DNA of 63,968 nucleotides, the filler included, from Aduncisulcus paluster (lineage: Eukaryota), in the NCBI GenBank assembly GCA_024181965.1. It is 10 parts of 10 records of this genome, joined end to end, with 100 filler letters (N's around TTAATTAATTAA, not from the genome) between each part and the next. Parts side by side here need not be neighbours in the genome. Positions count along the whole stretch, not along the records: positions 27,352 to 41,347 come from BQXS01009723.1; positions 41,448 to 44,468 come from BQXS01009724.1; positions 44,569 to 48,193 come from BQXS01009725.1; 7 more parts are not named here. One strand, written 5' to 3'. Below the pieces are notes generated by a model that did not search any database, was not told where the DNA came from, and was given only the letters and a program-made list of their open reading frames with translations. The translations under genes were made by a program, and so were the position numbers. Positions 32,882 through 44,815 of the stretch are shown here, piece by piece (positions within the stretch are counted from its first letter, which is position 1; every line of letters starts with the position of its first letter).

Positions 32882-34958
32882 GCAGGGTCGAAGGATATCT
32901 CCTGAAAAATTGGATAATCTCAAGAAGGTTAAAAGACCTCAAACGTTGAAAGAAGTTCAGAGCTTCATGGGAAAAATGAATTTCCTTAGAGAGTTTATTC
33001 CACATTTTTCTGTGTTATCAACACCAATATCCGATTTGATTAAAGAGAAAAAACCGGTGAAGTGGAAGAATGAACAAGAAATGGCGTTTAAAAGAATAAT
33101 CAAGGCGTTGGAATTACAACTGACGATTTGTGCACCAAAGTTAGATGGCCAATTTATTCTCCGGACTGACGCATCGAAATTAGGAATTGGTGGGGTTCTC
33201 CTGCAAAAGGAGGGTGAAAAAGAATCCTTAATCTCATTGTTCTCCCGAAAATTCTCAAAAAGAGAACAAAACTGGTCTACTATAGAACAGGAGTGTTTCG
33301 GTATTGTGTTTGGAATTCAGAAGAACAGACATATTCTGGTCGGATCATTTTTTACTGTTGAGACCGATCACAGGAATCTCCAGTTTCTCTTTAAGTCGGA
33401 AGTCCCAAAGCTAGTGAGGTGGCGGATGCAGATTAGCCACTATGCTTTTAGTATCAAACATATAAAAGGTTCAGAGAATGGATTAGCCGATTTTCTCTCG
33501 AGAATCGAAATCTCACAAAGGGATATGATCCCTCAAATGAAGAAAAAATCTGTTCCTTCAGTGGAAAACAAGGTGATTTTACTCTCGGGTGAAAAGGAAA
33601 TTAAAAAGAAAAACGAAGTTTCTGAAGCCCAGAACGTACCGACTAAAGACATTGAAGATAAATGGGAAACACTGAGAATTACTCATAAAACACTGGGACA
33701 TGCAGGCCCTAGTCTGGTGACAAGAGCGTTGAAGAATAGAAATATATCCTGGAAAGGAATGAAAAATGATGCGGAAGAAGTGGTGAAGAAATGTCTTTAT
33801 TGTCAGAAATTAAAAAAGGGAAAAGATCCTATGGTTTTTGGGACAATTAAAGAATCAGAACTCTTTAAAACTATTTCCATCGACACCGTGGGACCGTTAG
33901 AACCTGACAAGAACGGCTATAAATATCTGATGGTGGCTATCTGTAATTTCAGTCGATTCGTATTTATTATCGCACTGCGAACAATGTCTAAAGAAGAAAC
34001 TGCAAGAGCACTGCTGACCAGGATCTTGGCAACTCACGGAGTGCCCCATTGTATTCGATCCGACGGGGGTGGGCAGTTCAAGAACGAATTGTCGGCTGAG
34101 TTATGTAAAATGCTGGGCGTATCCCGAATTATTACAAAACCATATAATCATGAGGAAAATGGGATCGTCGAAAGAGTTAATCGCGAGATAAGGAAACTGA
34201 TTCGAATAGAGAGTATGCAAGAAGACACCCAGGATTACGAGATGTTCGCTGCGCTAGCAGCGTCAGCTCTAAACGCGAGAGTACACTCGGCTACGGGTTT
34301 TGCTCCCCATACGTTGTTATTCGGGTGCAGAAAAAGATTATCCTTGGATCTCTCTGAAAAACCAGAAATACAGAATAGCATCGAACATGAATTTATTAGC
34401 GATTTCGTAAAAAGACACCAGAGAATCACTGCAACGGCAAAAGAGAAGCAGGAAGAAGAAATAATGAAAGAAAAAGAAAAAGTGGTGGACAAAAAGTTTA
34501 AAGTAGGGGAAAAAGTGTTTGTCCGACCTGCAAAAGACATTAGAAGGAAGTCTCAACCTGCTCTCGATGGACCGTTCACGATAATAGAGAAATTATCAGA
34601 CTATCTATATAAAATTGAACCCCTAATAGGTGGACAAGCAAGAGAAATCCCCGTCAGACGACTACGAGAGTATGTAGAAGGAACCGAGACTCCGGAAGAA
34701 ATTAAAGCAGTTGTTGGCAGAGATGAAGAAGAGTTAGTCGTCGAAAAAATACTAAAACATAGATATGGAACAAAAAAGCCGGTGGAATTCAAGGTAAAAT
34801 GGAAAGATTATCCAGTATCTGATTCAACCTGGGAATACTACCAAACGGTTGAAGATTGTGAAGCCTTGGAGAATTATTTAAAAGAAAAACCGAGCTTAAA
34901 TAAGAAATTGGAAGAAAAAAGGTTAAATATAAAGAAAAATAAGGAGATGGAAGAATAG
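32844..34958 (+). CDS. Pol part 2 after frameshift: RT end, RNase H, integrase, chromodomain
   Basis: VKYLG, TDASKLGIGGVL, TDHRNL, ADFLSR, HHCC, DTVGP/SDGG/GIVERVN, GPF, VEKILKHR...VKWKDY...STWE. Confidence 0.97.
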   Translation: MDQVKYLGFLVDEQGRRISPEKLDNLKKVKRPQTLKEVQSFMGKMNFLREFIPHFSVLSTPISDLIKEKKPVKWKNEQEMAFKRIIKALELQLTICAPKLDGQFILRTDASKLGIGGVLLQKEGEKESLISLFSRKFSKREQNWSTIEQECFGIVFGIQKNRHILVGSFFTVETDHRNLQFLFKSEVPKLVRWRMQISHYAFSIKHIKGSENGLADFLSRIEISQRDMIPQMKKKSVPSVENKVILLSGEKEIKKKNEVSEAQNVPTKDIEDKWETLRITHKTLGHAGPSLVTRALKNRNISWKGMKNDAEEVVKKCLYCQKLKKGKDPMVFGTIKESELFKTISIDTVGPLEPDKNGYKYLMVAICNFSRFVFIIALRTMSKEETARALLTRILATHGVPHCIRSDGGGQFKNELSAELCKMLGVSRIITKPYNHEENGIVERVNREIRKLIRIESMQEDTQDYEMFAALAASALNARVHSATGFAPHTLLFGCRKRLSLDLSEKPEIQNSIEHEFISDFVKRHQRITATAKEKQEEEIMKEKEKVVDKKFKVGEKVFVRPAKDIRRKSQPALDGPFTIIEKLSDYLYKIEPLIGGQAREIPVRRLREYVEGTETPEEIKAVVGRDEEELVVEKILKHRYGTKKPVEFKVKWKDYPVSDSTWEYYQTVEDCEALENYLKEKPSLNKKLEEKRLNIKKNKEMEE

Positions 34959-35756
34959 AATTCCAAAACTCGCAATGAGTAAATTATTATAATACAAAAC
35001 ATTAAAATTAAAGAATATTATAAAATATTATTAAAGATTTCCATGGATTACCACTATTTATTATTGTAAATAAGAAGATACGGAGAAAAAAATAATTTCT
35101 TAAATTATAAGAGCATAAAAAAGGTAGCAACATACAGCTGACGAACTATAAAAGAACAAAACCACATGGAACCAAAACGAAATACTCTATACAACGAGAA
35201 TACGGAAGATTGAAAGAGAAAAATACTGAGAAGATTAATTTAGCCTATATCAGGGAAGATATAAGTTGACAAGAGTAATAATAATAATATTGGAATTGAA
35301 ATCCAGAATATTCAGAGAATTATCAATGAAAAAAGCAAAATCATAAAAATTCGAAGAAAAACATAAAACACAATTAAATATGACATTTTAGATAAGAGAT
35401 ATAAAATATACAATTAAAAAGCTCAACATAACCTTCATAAAAACTTATAATAATTAACAAATTGTCAGAAAAGTGGAAAATCTACTCGCCCGTTATGATA
35501 ACATACATTTTCACTAAAAAAAGGGGCTACCCTTTCATTTAGAAGTTATTATTAAACACAATCCACCGAAATAATTTTAAATAATTGAGAAACTCCGTGG
35601 GAACAGAATTTTTGCTAGAAAACTCTGACCGCGATGATTATAAAGAGCTCTATCGCAAGATGAGCTACTATATGACGGATTCTGTTTAATAGGGGGGTAG
35701 AGGAGATAAAATTAGTGATTTTGAGAAAAAAGAGTTCTGGTGTGGTTCATCAAAAT

Positions 35757-35828
35757 TGGGTCCAGCGGGACTTGAACCTAGGACTCTCCTCTCGCAAAGA
35801 AAGGAAAAACCAGTTGAACCATCGAAGG
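35757..35828 (-). pseudogene. tRNA-like sequence with Pol III A and B boxes inside the retrotransposon 3' UTR
   Basis: 72 nt; T8, A14, G18G19, TTTCT/AGGAG stem with loop TTGCGAG, GGTTCAAGTCC; acceptor, D and T stems do not pair. Confidence 0.65.
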
Positions 35829-35896
35829 CTATTTGATAAAAAATATATATTATATTAATTATATAGGATATGATATAAAGAGTGGAATGAAGATCT

Positions 35897-35906
35897 AGGG
35901 GGGTAG
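35897..35906 (+). promoter_or_regulatory. Polypurine tract
   Basis: AGGGGGGTAG abutting the 3' LTR. Confidence 0.85.
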
Positions 35907-35993
35907 TGTCATGATTCTCATATGATTCTATTTATAGATCATCAATCCATCTGTATAAACAATAAATTTGGCTTAGTTTATTATTGAGCAACA
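35907..35993 (+). repeat. 3' LTR, 87 bp
   Basis: Identical to 30712-30798. Confidence 0.96.
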
Positions 35994-37842
35994 TCTTCCG
36001 TCTTCCCAGGAAAGAATGTAGACGTTGAAGGCATGGTAGAGAAATTTCCCATGGTGAAATGGGAAACGTGCAGATTCGCAGCATAATTGTCATCAATGGC
36101 ACACCTTTTGCCAAATAATTTTCTTCCATGTATCGTTGTCCGTTCCCCTTCATCGTGGTAGGACATGGGATTGTGAACATACCTAGATGGTACCGTGGGC
36201 AATATTACACTGGGCTTAAATTAATGAATTGCGAAAAAGACATCGAAAAACGGCCACTTTGATTATATATAAAAAAATTGCCTGATGAAAGGGCTTTTTT
36301 TTGCCTCTCCACTTTTACAGCGACAAAAAACGGCCTAGGAAGCAGAGGTCACCGGAGAGCGGGGAGTACTGAAGACACCTCCGGTGACCTTAATTTTAGA
36401 AAAAAAAGATAGAAAATAAAACGTTAGCTTAAAAAAAAATGAAAAAATAAAACAAAAAATAAAAATTGAAACCTGTTGGTTACTAACCAATCGTACAAAA
36501 GAAATATTTCAGTCGGATATACTGAAAACATGTCGTGCAACCCAAAATCGTAGAATAGAATAGATTTATTAAGTTCAAATAATTTCAAATTTATTTTTAA
36601 AAACATAAAAACTTCTTTCATTTATGGGATACAATCATCTTTTTTATTGGTATAAAATACGTTTTTATATTCACTGAATTAGAATAAATAATAAAAATAT
36701 ATTTCATTTTTATGCAGAAATAATCCAACAATATCTTTGAGTATACACATATAACGAAGCAAAATGTATTTTTGTATCTAGGGTTATCATGAGGATATTT
36801 CAAATAAATTTGTTAGATCATCTATAATATTAACCAATGAATTTATTTTTTATATTATTTCAAATTCGGAAAATTTGGGACACTCTGGTTCTAAAGAACC
36901 TTTACTTAGCTCATTGATAGCCTTTCCCTCAATCTCTTTGACAACTTCTTTTAAATTGTTATTGTGGTTTCTTGCAGCATCATCTATAATAGTGGTTGGT
37001 GTGTTTCCACAACACCGTTTGATAGGAGAAGCTTCACTCAATAAAGAGAGAGGAAGGGGGTGCGGGTCCGGGGTTTCAATAGTAATTACCTCCTCATCCT
37101 TTAATAATGTAGTATCGCATACATGTTACGATATTTAGGATAATATTATGTCAGAGATTCACTAAAACGAAACAATCACCACACCGGCCACATGTGTGAA
37201 GCGGGGTCAATACATGTAGAGAGATCAATATCTCGCACAATTTGCATGACTAGATCACTGTCATCTGATGTTGGCNNNNNNNNNNNNNNNNNNNNAGGGT
37301 TATCATGAGGATATTTCAAATAAATTTGTTAGATCATCTATAATATTAACCAATGAATTTATTTTTTATATTATTTCAAATTCGGAAAATTTGTGACACT
37401 CTGGTTCTAAAGAACCTTTACTTAGCTCATTGATAGCCTTTCCCTCAATCTCTTTGACAACTTCTTTTAAATTGTTATTGTGGTTTCTTGCAGCATCATC
37501 TATAATAGTGGTTGGTGTGTTTCCACAACACCGTTTGATAGGAGAAGCTTCACTCAATAAAGAGAGAGGAAGGGGGTGCGGGTCCGGGGTTTCAATAGTA
37601 ATTACCTCCTCATCCTTTAATAATGTAGTATCGCATACATGTTACGATATTTAGGATAATATTATGTCAGAGATTCACTAAAACGAAACAATCACCACAC
37701 CGTCCACATGTGTGAAGCGGGGTCAATACATGTAGAGAGATCAATATCTCGCACAATTTGCATGACTAGATCACTGTCATCTGATGTTGGCATCCCGAGG
37801 CAAGGATGTTTCTTCTTCATTCTGACTTCTCCACTCTCCTGT

Positions 37843-38380
37843 TTAATCTTCAGATCTCGATTGTGAAGAACTTGTTGAAGATTCATCGTCGGAAGCGGAT
37901 TCCGCAGATTCGGAGTCTTCTTCATCCTTTTGATTGATTGCATATGGAAATCCAATCTGTAAACAAGGTAAAATGAATACCCCCCCAAAAGATATTCTAT
38001 TCAGCGTAAAATATATAGCGAACGCCTCCTTCTCAATCACCATCCAGTTCAGACTCCTTTTTCTTCTCAAGATCACTACGTAATTTAATACAATTACGAT
38101 ATCCAGACCAATGTTTAAATAAATTTTTTACACATTCGAGAAGACTTGACCAGCGAATTTCGAAATGAATGATTGGGGGAAGATCATCAAGAATCTTTTG
38201 TTGAGTTGGTGCTTCCTTCTGCACGCCCAGGAGTTTTGCCACTAATAATACAAATTGTCGGACCTTTTTGAACTTAATTAAGAATAAATCTCTTAATAAA
38301 AAATGAACAGTGGGTTACAACACACCCAAATCCCCGTTCAATCAGACCCTTACAAATGGAAACCATTGCTGCATAGGTTT
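37843..38380 (-). pseudogene. Degenerate hAT-like transposase fragment
   Basis: IHFEIRWSSLLE matches the RWSSLLE motif of neighbouring hAT ORFs. Confidence 0.55.
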
Positions 38381-38623
38381 CCATTTTTTTTCAATGAGCT
38401 GTTTCAATAATTTCATTGCAAAAATGGAATAAAATAAATTACAATAACAGAATAAATATTTTATTATTTGCCCAATTTATAAGTTTATTGAATACTCGAT
38501 AATTTGCATTTTTTTCAGATTTTCTTGATTTGATTCACCTACAAATATTATGAGTAAGTTTGTTATTAATTTATTTAAATGAAGCAATTATTGATTTTAA
38601 TTTAACGTAATAATTGAAATAGT

Positions 38624-40537
38624 TTATTCGACTTCTTGATTTGAATTGAACGTGAAAAAAACATTATTCATAAGCGTATCAGTAGATTGATTGGCACGTA
38701 ATGGTTGATCATATCGACGAACGATACTAAAGAGCCTTTCAATCGAAGCTCCTGACATCGGCAATGACATGAAAATATCTTGGATTCTTTTTAGCCAAAA
38801 AAAGTTATCTTCAATTGAGATATCTTCCTTATCGTTAACTGATTTACAGTATTCTCTTAATTGATCCTTTTCTCGATCTGACAGCTCAATATTTATATGA
38901 CTTATAGATGTTTTTAGTTTGATCTCCTCAATCGTGAAATCATCATCCAGAGGTTAAAACAAATTATTCCATAATATATGCTTAAATTAATCTTTAGAAG
39001 TTTAAATGCTCGTTTGAACGGGGTGGATGTGATTTGACTCGAACACCATTCTGATTCTAGTCTTTCTGCAAACGATGAGATTGATCGAAAAGCTTCAACA
39101 TTGGACATTTTAAATTGGGCACACTTGATTGATTTTAATGCGCACGGAATAAATTCCTTTGTTAATCTTCGTTTAAAGTTTTTGTAGGCTTGATTTTGCA
39201 AAAAAGTTCGACAACCCACAACTTGCTCAGTTGGCGTTTTGAATTTTAAACTTGCAAGAATTTCATCCCATCTTAAATAAATTTTAGAAAACTCTTCTAA
39301 AAGTGACGACCACCGAACCTTCGTATACCTTGGTGGACTAATATCTAAGAGTGCACATAATGTCCGATTTTCCTGCGATCCACTACTTAATACCATATTT
39401 AAATCCTCAAGAAATATTTCTATTTGCTCAAAGAAAAATGAAATATAGTGTTGAATAAGAGTATTAAGAACATGGGCTATGCACGGAACCCACAACTGTC
39501 CGTATCCTTCCTCCACAAGTTGAGAGGCTACGGCAACCATTAGGGGTTCTCTATCGGTTACAATAGATGATATTGATGAGTTCCTTATTCCAATCTCTCT
39601 AAATGCTTCTTTTAAAGAATCACATAAGATATCCGTTGATGATGGTAGAACTTCTTGGATCTTGGCCGGGCAACATGCCAATATCCAAGATATCTCTTTT
39701 ATCATTCTTTTCATTGTATGTTTATCAATATCTGTTCCCCTTTCTTTTACCCCAACTTGAGAATGGCCTTGTGACCAATTCTTCTCAGCCCAAAATGATT
39801 TTTGGATTTCTCTTGAAAAGGCATCCTTAAACATATCATCTTTTTCTTTGCCAACATCAACATATCCAACAGCCTTTGTTACCTTTTTGTTGCTCACAAG
39901 AATGGCCAAAACGTTTTTCCCCCTACTTATGGTCTTATCCAAGATAACCGAATATATTCCAACGAGAGCACTCTTTCGTTCTTCTTCAAGCGATTTTCTA
40001 GCCACACGATGAGAGGTGTCATATAACGTTGATATACTTAATTTAATAGGGGATTTTAAAAACAAATATAAAAAATTAAGTTCTTCTTGCAGTTCAGAAT
40101 CCAGAAATCTAACGATGGCTGGAATGGGGATTCCAGAACTCATTGCCTTTTTAACACAGGTTTCTCTAAATCTTCTTTTATATGGAACAATTTTTTGTTC
40201 TTATCTTTTTTAATGAGATGTCCAAATGAGAATTGTGTCCAAGACTTAATATGTGTGAATGGAATGATCTAATCCCATTCAATTCGACAAAACAGACACA
40301 GCATCTAATAATGGGTTCTGTATCAGTTTCAATGATTCGAAAATTGTCCATAACGTCTATTTTAATTTCATCGAGAACTTCGTCCTTTTTCATGCAATGC
40401 CGGAAACGTCGAATCTGTTTATAAAGTTGCCATATTGGCTTGGATTTGAACTTACCATAGATAGTAGGTACTAATAATTTAATAGTTTGATTTGACATCG
40501 AAAGAACAAAATTGAAATGTGTCATTTTTCGTGTCAA
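38624..40537 (-). mobile_element. hAT-family transposase, frameshifted
   Basis: CxxC...H...H finger (40178-40537), VILDKT, IVTDREP, PCIAH, VRWSS, and LPMSGASIERLFS in another frame near 38726-38765. Confidence 0.85.
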
Positions 40538-41035
40538 TCCATGAACCTGATCTCTTTCATTGTATTATAAAATATATTAAATATTTATTGATATTTATTT
40601 ATTGAATGTTTCAAATATGATAATATAATGATTATCTGAATGGGTGAAAAATCATCCGGAATCTCTGCATTGCTGGTTCCCGGTCAGAAATAATTGATAC
40701 TATTTCTGACTTTTAAATTTCAGACTTTTCAAGCTTATTAACTAATGTTAGAATAACACGGCTGTTGCCAAAAGCAGACGTTTTTATTATTTTCTTTAAG
40801 GGGTATTATTATTGAATATTTAATATATATTTTATAATACGATTTTAATTAATATATTTATTTCGATATTAGAATGTTTATTACTATCTTATTACAGAAG
40901 ATCACATCTGGAAGTTTTTGTGTTCTTTGCAGATCACTTTTTTTACTTCTCTTCGCGCATTTCTTTATTCCCAAATTAATAAATTTGCTCCACCATCATT
41001 ATAAAGGTTATTAAACCAACAATAATATTATTGTT

Positions 41036-41347
41036 ATGCCAAGCCCCACGACCAATATTACCTCATCTCGTGTCGAAGTTCCTACTTTAAAGGAGTATTC
41101 TTTGAAAAATTTGACCGAATTTTTTACTCGTTACGAGGCTTACAAAGCTGATCCCTCTGTTATCAGACCAACTCAATGGCATCGACTTTTCGATCCTCCT
41201 CTTTTGGCCGCACTACAACTCGTAACAGGTATAAAAACAATTTCTAATGAGTCTGAGCTAGCCGAATTTAAGAAAAAGCTCATTGAATTAGATGCCCCTT
41301 CCTCGTCATTTGACCTACACACGGAATTATCGGTCATCCATATGGAA
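41036..41347 (+). mobile_element. Gag N-terminus of a third gypsy-like element, cut by contig end; candidate 5' LTR about 40746-41021
   Basis: VPTLKEYSLKNLTEFFTRYEAY parallels APFLKELSTEAWSEFMRNFDHY and APMLTKFSKEDYFRFKTEFKKY of the other two gags; DLHTELSVIHM parallels SLYDELGLIKM. Confidence 0.75.
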
Positions 41348-41447
41348 NNNNNNNNNNNNNNNNNNNNNNNNNNNNNNNNNNNNNNNNNNNNTTAATTAAT
41401 TAANNNNNNNNNNNNNNNNNNNNNNNNNNNNNNNNNNNNNNNNNNNN

Positions 41448-41668
41448 ACACGAACGGGTCTGAGAGTGTTGTTTGCTTAAATAATAGTTGTTTGTTTACG
41501 CCAAGAGAATGATCACGAAGAGGAGAACAGGGTTTCGGCCATGAGATGACCTCTTCAAGTGAGAGGAGGATGTGGTGACCATTCTCAGGGACATTCTAAA
41601 AATAGATTGGTTCGCTCGAGATCTGTTTATTAATAAATTGGACCGCATTATAGTTTAGTTTGGCCACA
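41448..41668. repeat. Dispersed repeat, LTR-like end (...TTGGCCACA), truncating gypsy element 2; second copy 44816-45030
   Basis: About 215 bp near-identical on two contigs with the same right boundary. Confidence 0.85.
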
Positions 41669-43950
41669 AAAGCTTTGTTCATTTCGTCAGTCCAGGCGAA
41701 CTCCACAGATACCTTGGTACCTTTAGTCAATACAGCCATCTTATCTTGAAAAGATGGGATGAAGTTTCGATAATAGTTCACAAGGCCACACAACGAACGT
41801 AATTGTTTCTTACTTTCTGGGGGTTTCAAATTCAGTACATCCTGAAACCTTGATGGGGAAATTGTTATTCCATTTCTTGAAACCAATCTACCCAAATATT
41901 CTACACTCTCAACTCCGAAATAGCACTTCTCTGCCTTCACTCTCAACCTCAACTCCTTCAATCTCTTTAAAACCATCTTTGTTCGTTCCAGTAACTCATC
42001 TTTCGTCTTTCCCCCAATTACGATATCGTCAATATATACCTGACATATGGTGGGTATCAAATCACCCAAAGCCTTCGACAACTCTTTCTGGAAGTGAGCT
42101 GGAGCAATTTTCAGCCCAAACGGCATCCTTAAATACTCATATAAACCTCCAGGGACAACAAAAGCCGTGTATTTACGACTGCCTTCCTCAATCATGATTT
42201 GATTAAAGCCAGAGCGCAAATCCAAACTCGTGAAATAGTTTAAGCCTCCCAAGCTGCTCAACATCTCCTCAACATTGGGCAATGGGAACGGAACATTCTT
42301 CATTATTTCATTTATCGCTGTATAATCGTTACATACACGATAATCGCCACTTCTCTTCTTTGCCATTGTCACCGGAGAAGCGTATTCTGAATCGCTTCGC
42401 TGTAATAGTCCATCTTTCAATCCAATTCTTACTGTGTCATCAACAACCTTCCGTAATGGTGGAGAAAGTCTCCGTGGCTTGCTGACAATTACTTTCGATG
42501 TGTCAGTAAGTTCGATAGTCAACGGTTCCAGTGCACAACCTTCCCTTGGCAGTGTTGGATCAAACACTTCCGCAAATTCCGTCGCAATAGCTAAACCATC
42601 CTCTTCAAAATCCGATCCAAAAGTGATCTTCTTAATCTCGTCTACAGCTGGACCGTTCAATACTTCGGTTTTCTCCATAAACATTTCTTCATCTTGCGGT
42701 GCGATTTCTTCCGTGTCACGTTTTCCTATTAGTGTCTTCACGATACCAGTTTCAATACACCAATTGGCTCCTATGATCATTTCTTCATCCTTCACGATAT
42801 CACTCTTGATCACCATGATAGGAGCTGTAACCTCATCGGCTGTGACAATGTTGGTTGCAGTAAGCATCACCCTATATGCTTCTGTGTGTTTTTCTTCCTT
42901 TCCATCAAACCTCACGACAATAGGTTTATCCAATTGTGTAGACTCAGGATTTAATGCTTCTATCAAACGAGAAGTCATCATATTAACTTGACATCCCGTA
43001 TCGATTAGTGCTTTGACTGGCCTTTGGTTCGTGTCACTCTTTACATATCCTTCAACATAAATGTCATCGTTATAGGCACCTTCCGATTTACTGGAAATCA
43101 GCTTAGGCTTAAAAAGAGCAGATGCCATAATCACGGAGTCATCTTCTTTCACCACTCTCTTCGGTCTCAACTCAGGGAACTGTTTCCAGCATCTTTCATC
43201 GGGGTGTTTGCCCCCACAGTATTTACATGACAACTTACTCCAATCCTGATGGGGCTCCCTTCGTCTTCCTTGTGGGTTCATGCTCCTTCGATCCCCTTTT
43301 GTAGCAGACAGAGTAGGCTCCCTCTTAGCGCTTTGTTTCTTCTTGGTTCCCGTATAGATCAATTTTTTCGCCTTGTCCATCGTTTTCTGGAACTTCAATG
43401 CTTCCTTGGCTAGTGTTTTCACTTCGGTTACACCATCGGTGATGAGCTCCATGGTTCTGTCCCTCGTTGAGAAGACAAAAATACCCTTAGCGAAGATCCT
43501 CGCGATATTTTCCTTGTGACCCTCTATAACATCCTCATTGTGGCTCACAGTGACCAAGAACTTGCCAATATACTCACGTAGGTCTTCTATCTTAAATCCA
43601 TGGCGCATTTTCAACGCTCTTAGCTCCTCGTACACATCTGTTTCAGTTTCGCAGGAAAAGTGCTTATCTAAAGAATTAAACAGGTCTTTTTCATTGAAAT
43701 TGTCGACCTCGACTTCGATTAACAGGGCAACTTCTTCTTTAACTCTAGATTGCGGTTTCGCTTTGCCACCATCGCTTTTGTACTTTTTGAACTCAGTTTT
43801 AAATCTAAAATAATCTTCTTTTGAAAATTTTGTCAGCATTGGGGCTTTTAAAACTGAAGCTTCGGTTCTGGTCGTGATTGGAATGTCACTGACCAATTCT
43901 TCCAAACTCTTGGACGTAATTTCGAATTTCTTCTCGGCAGTTCTTTGCAA
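41669..43950 (-). mobile_element. Second Ty3/gypsy gag-protease-RT ORF, truncated before RNase H
   Basis: CKYCGGKHPDERC, LIDTGC, LDLRSGFNQ, MPFG, YIDD, KCYFGVESVEYLG. Confidence 0.95.
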
Positions 43951-44187
43951 CTGGCTCGAGGTTTGGTAATCGGCAGTGGGTTCTAATTTTTAATAACGCT
44001 TCTAATACAAAATTAATTACGAAAATATGAATAATTTTTACTATTATGAATAAATATTTTGTTTTTATTTTTCTAATTGTCAATCACTTAGAGTTAGCAT
44101 TTCCACATTCAATTGTATTGTTTTCCTTGAAAAAAGGAATGTTATTTTTAATATATAAAAATATTTTATTGATTTTAAATATTATTT

Positions 44188-44468
44188 TTATTCTTCCTTA
44201 TCTGAATATGCTTCTAACCGTCCACCAAGCTTTTTGTTGAATTTCTTCATTGAATTTAACATAAGTGTAGATACCGTTTGACTGGCTCTTGACGGAATAT
44301 TACAATGATGTACGACGCTAAAAAAGCGTTCAATTGCTGCGCCAGACATTGGCAAGGTTGAAAATTGTTGAACTATTTGGTTCAAATGGAAATATTGCTT
44401 TTTGAAATTAATTGTGGAGCCCATCGAAACTTTATCACAATATTCATTTAATTGCTTCAATTGTTGCG
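44188..44468 (-). mobile_element. hAT transposase C-terminal dimerisation domain, partial
   Basis: LPMSGAAIERFFS. Confidence 0.8.
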
Positions 44469-44591
44469 NNNNNNNNNNNNNNNNNNNNNNNNNNNNNNNN
44501 NNNNNNNNNNNNTTAATTAATTAANNNNNNNNNNNNNNNNNNNNNNNNNNNNNNNNNNNNNNNNNNNNGTTGGATTCTGTTGTGTCGAAGC

Positions 44592-44675
44592 CAGTTGTTG
44601 TGTTGTGTTGTTGTTGTGTTGTTGTGTTGTGTTGTTGTTGTGTTGTTGTGTTGTTGTTGTGTTGTTGTTGTGTGT
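44592..44675. repeat. (TGT/TG)n simple repeat
   Basis: G/T-only tract upstream of the dispersed repeat. Confidence 0.9.
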
Positions 44676-44815
44676 ACGCCATATGTCGTGTTATGTGTTG
44701 TATGTGTACGCCATTTGATTGTGATTGTATGTGTGTTCATGTTTGCATTGATGCTGTATGCGTCATGCGCCCATTTTGATCAGAATACCGTCTGTAGCCG
44801 GTATATGCTACTATA

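Larger units (their letters stand above)
30712..35993 (+). mobile_element. Full-length Ty3/gypsy LTR retrotransposon with chromodomain (chromovirus-type), 5282 bp
   Basis: Identical TG...CA LTRs; TSD TCTTC at 30707-30711 and 35994-35998; PPT; gag-PR-RT-RH-IN-chromo order. Confidence 0.97.
30262..36166 (-). pseudogene. Pro/Ser-rich gene of about 205 aa split by the LTR retrotransposon
   Basis: Removing the element and one TSD copy joins ...FPGKTED to MEHMFQPF... in frame. Confidence 0.75.

Noticed and set aside
35757-35828. Functional tRNA gene
   Set aside because: Acceptor, D and T stems do not pair and there is an internal T5
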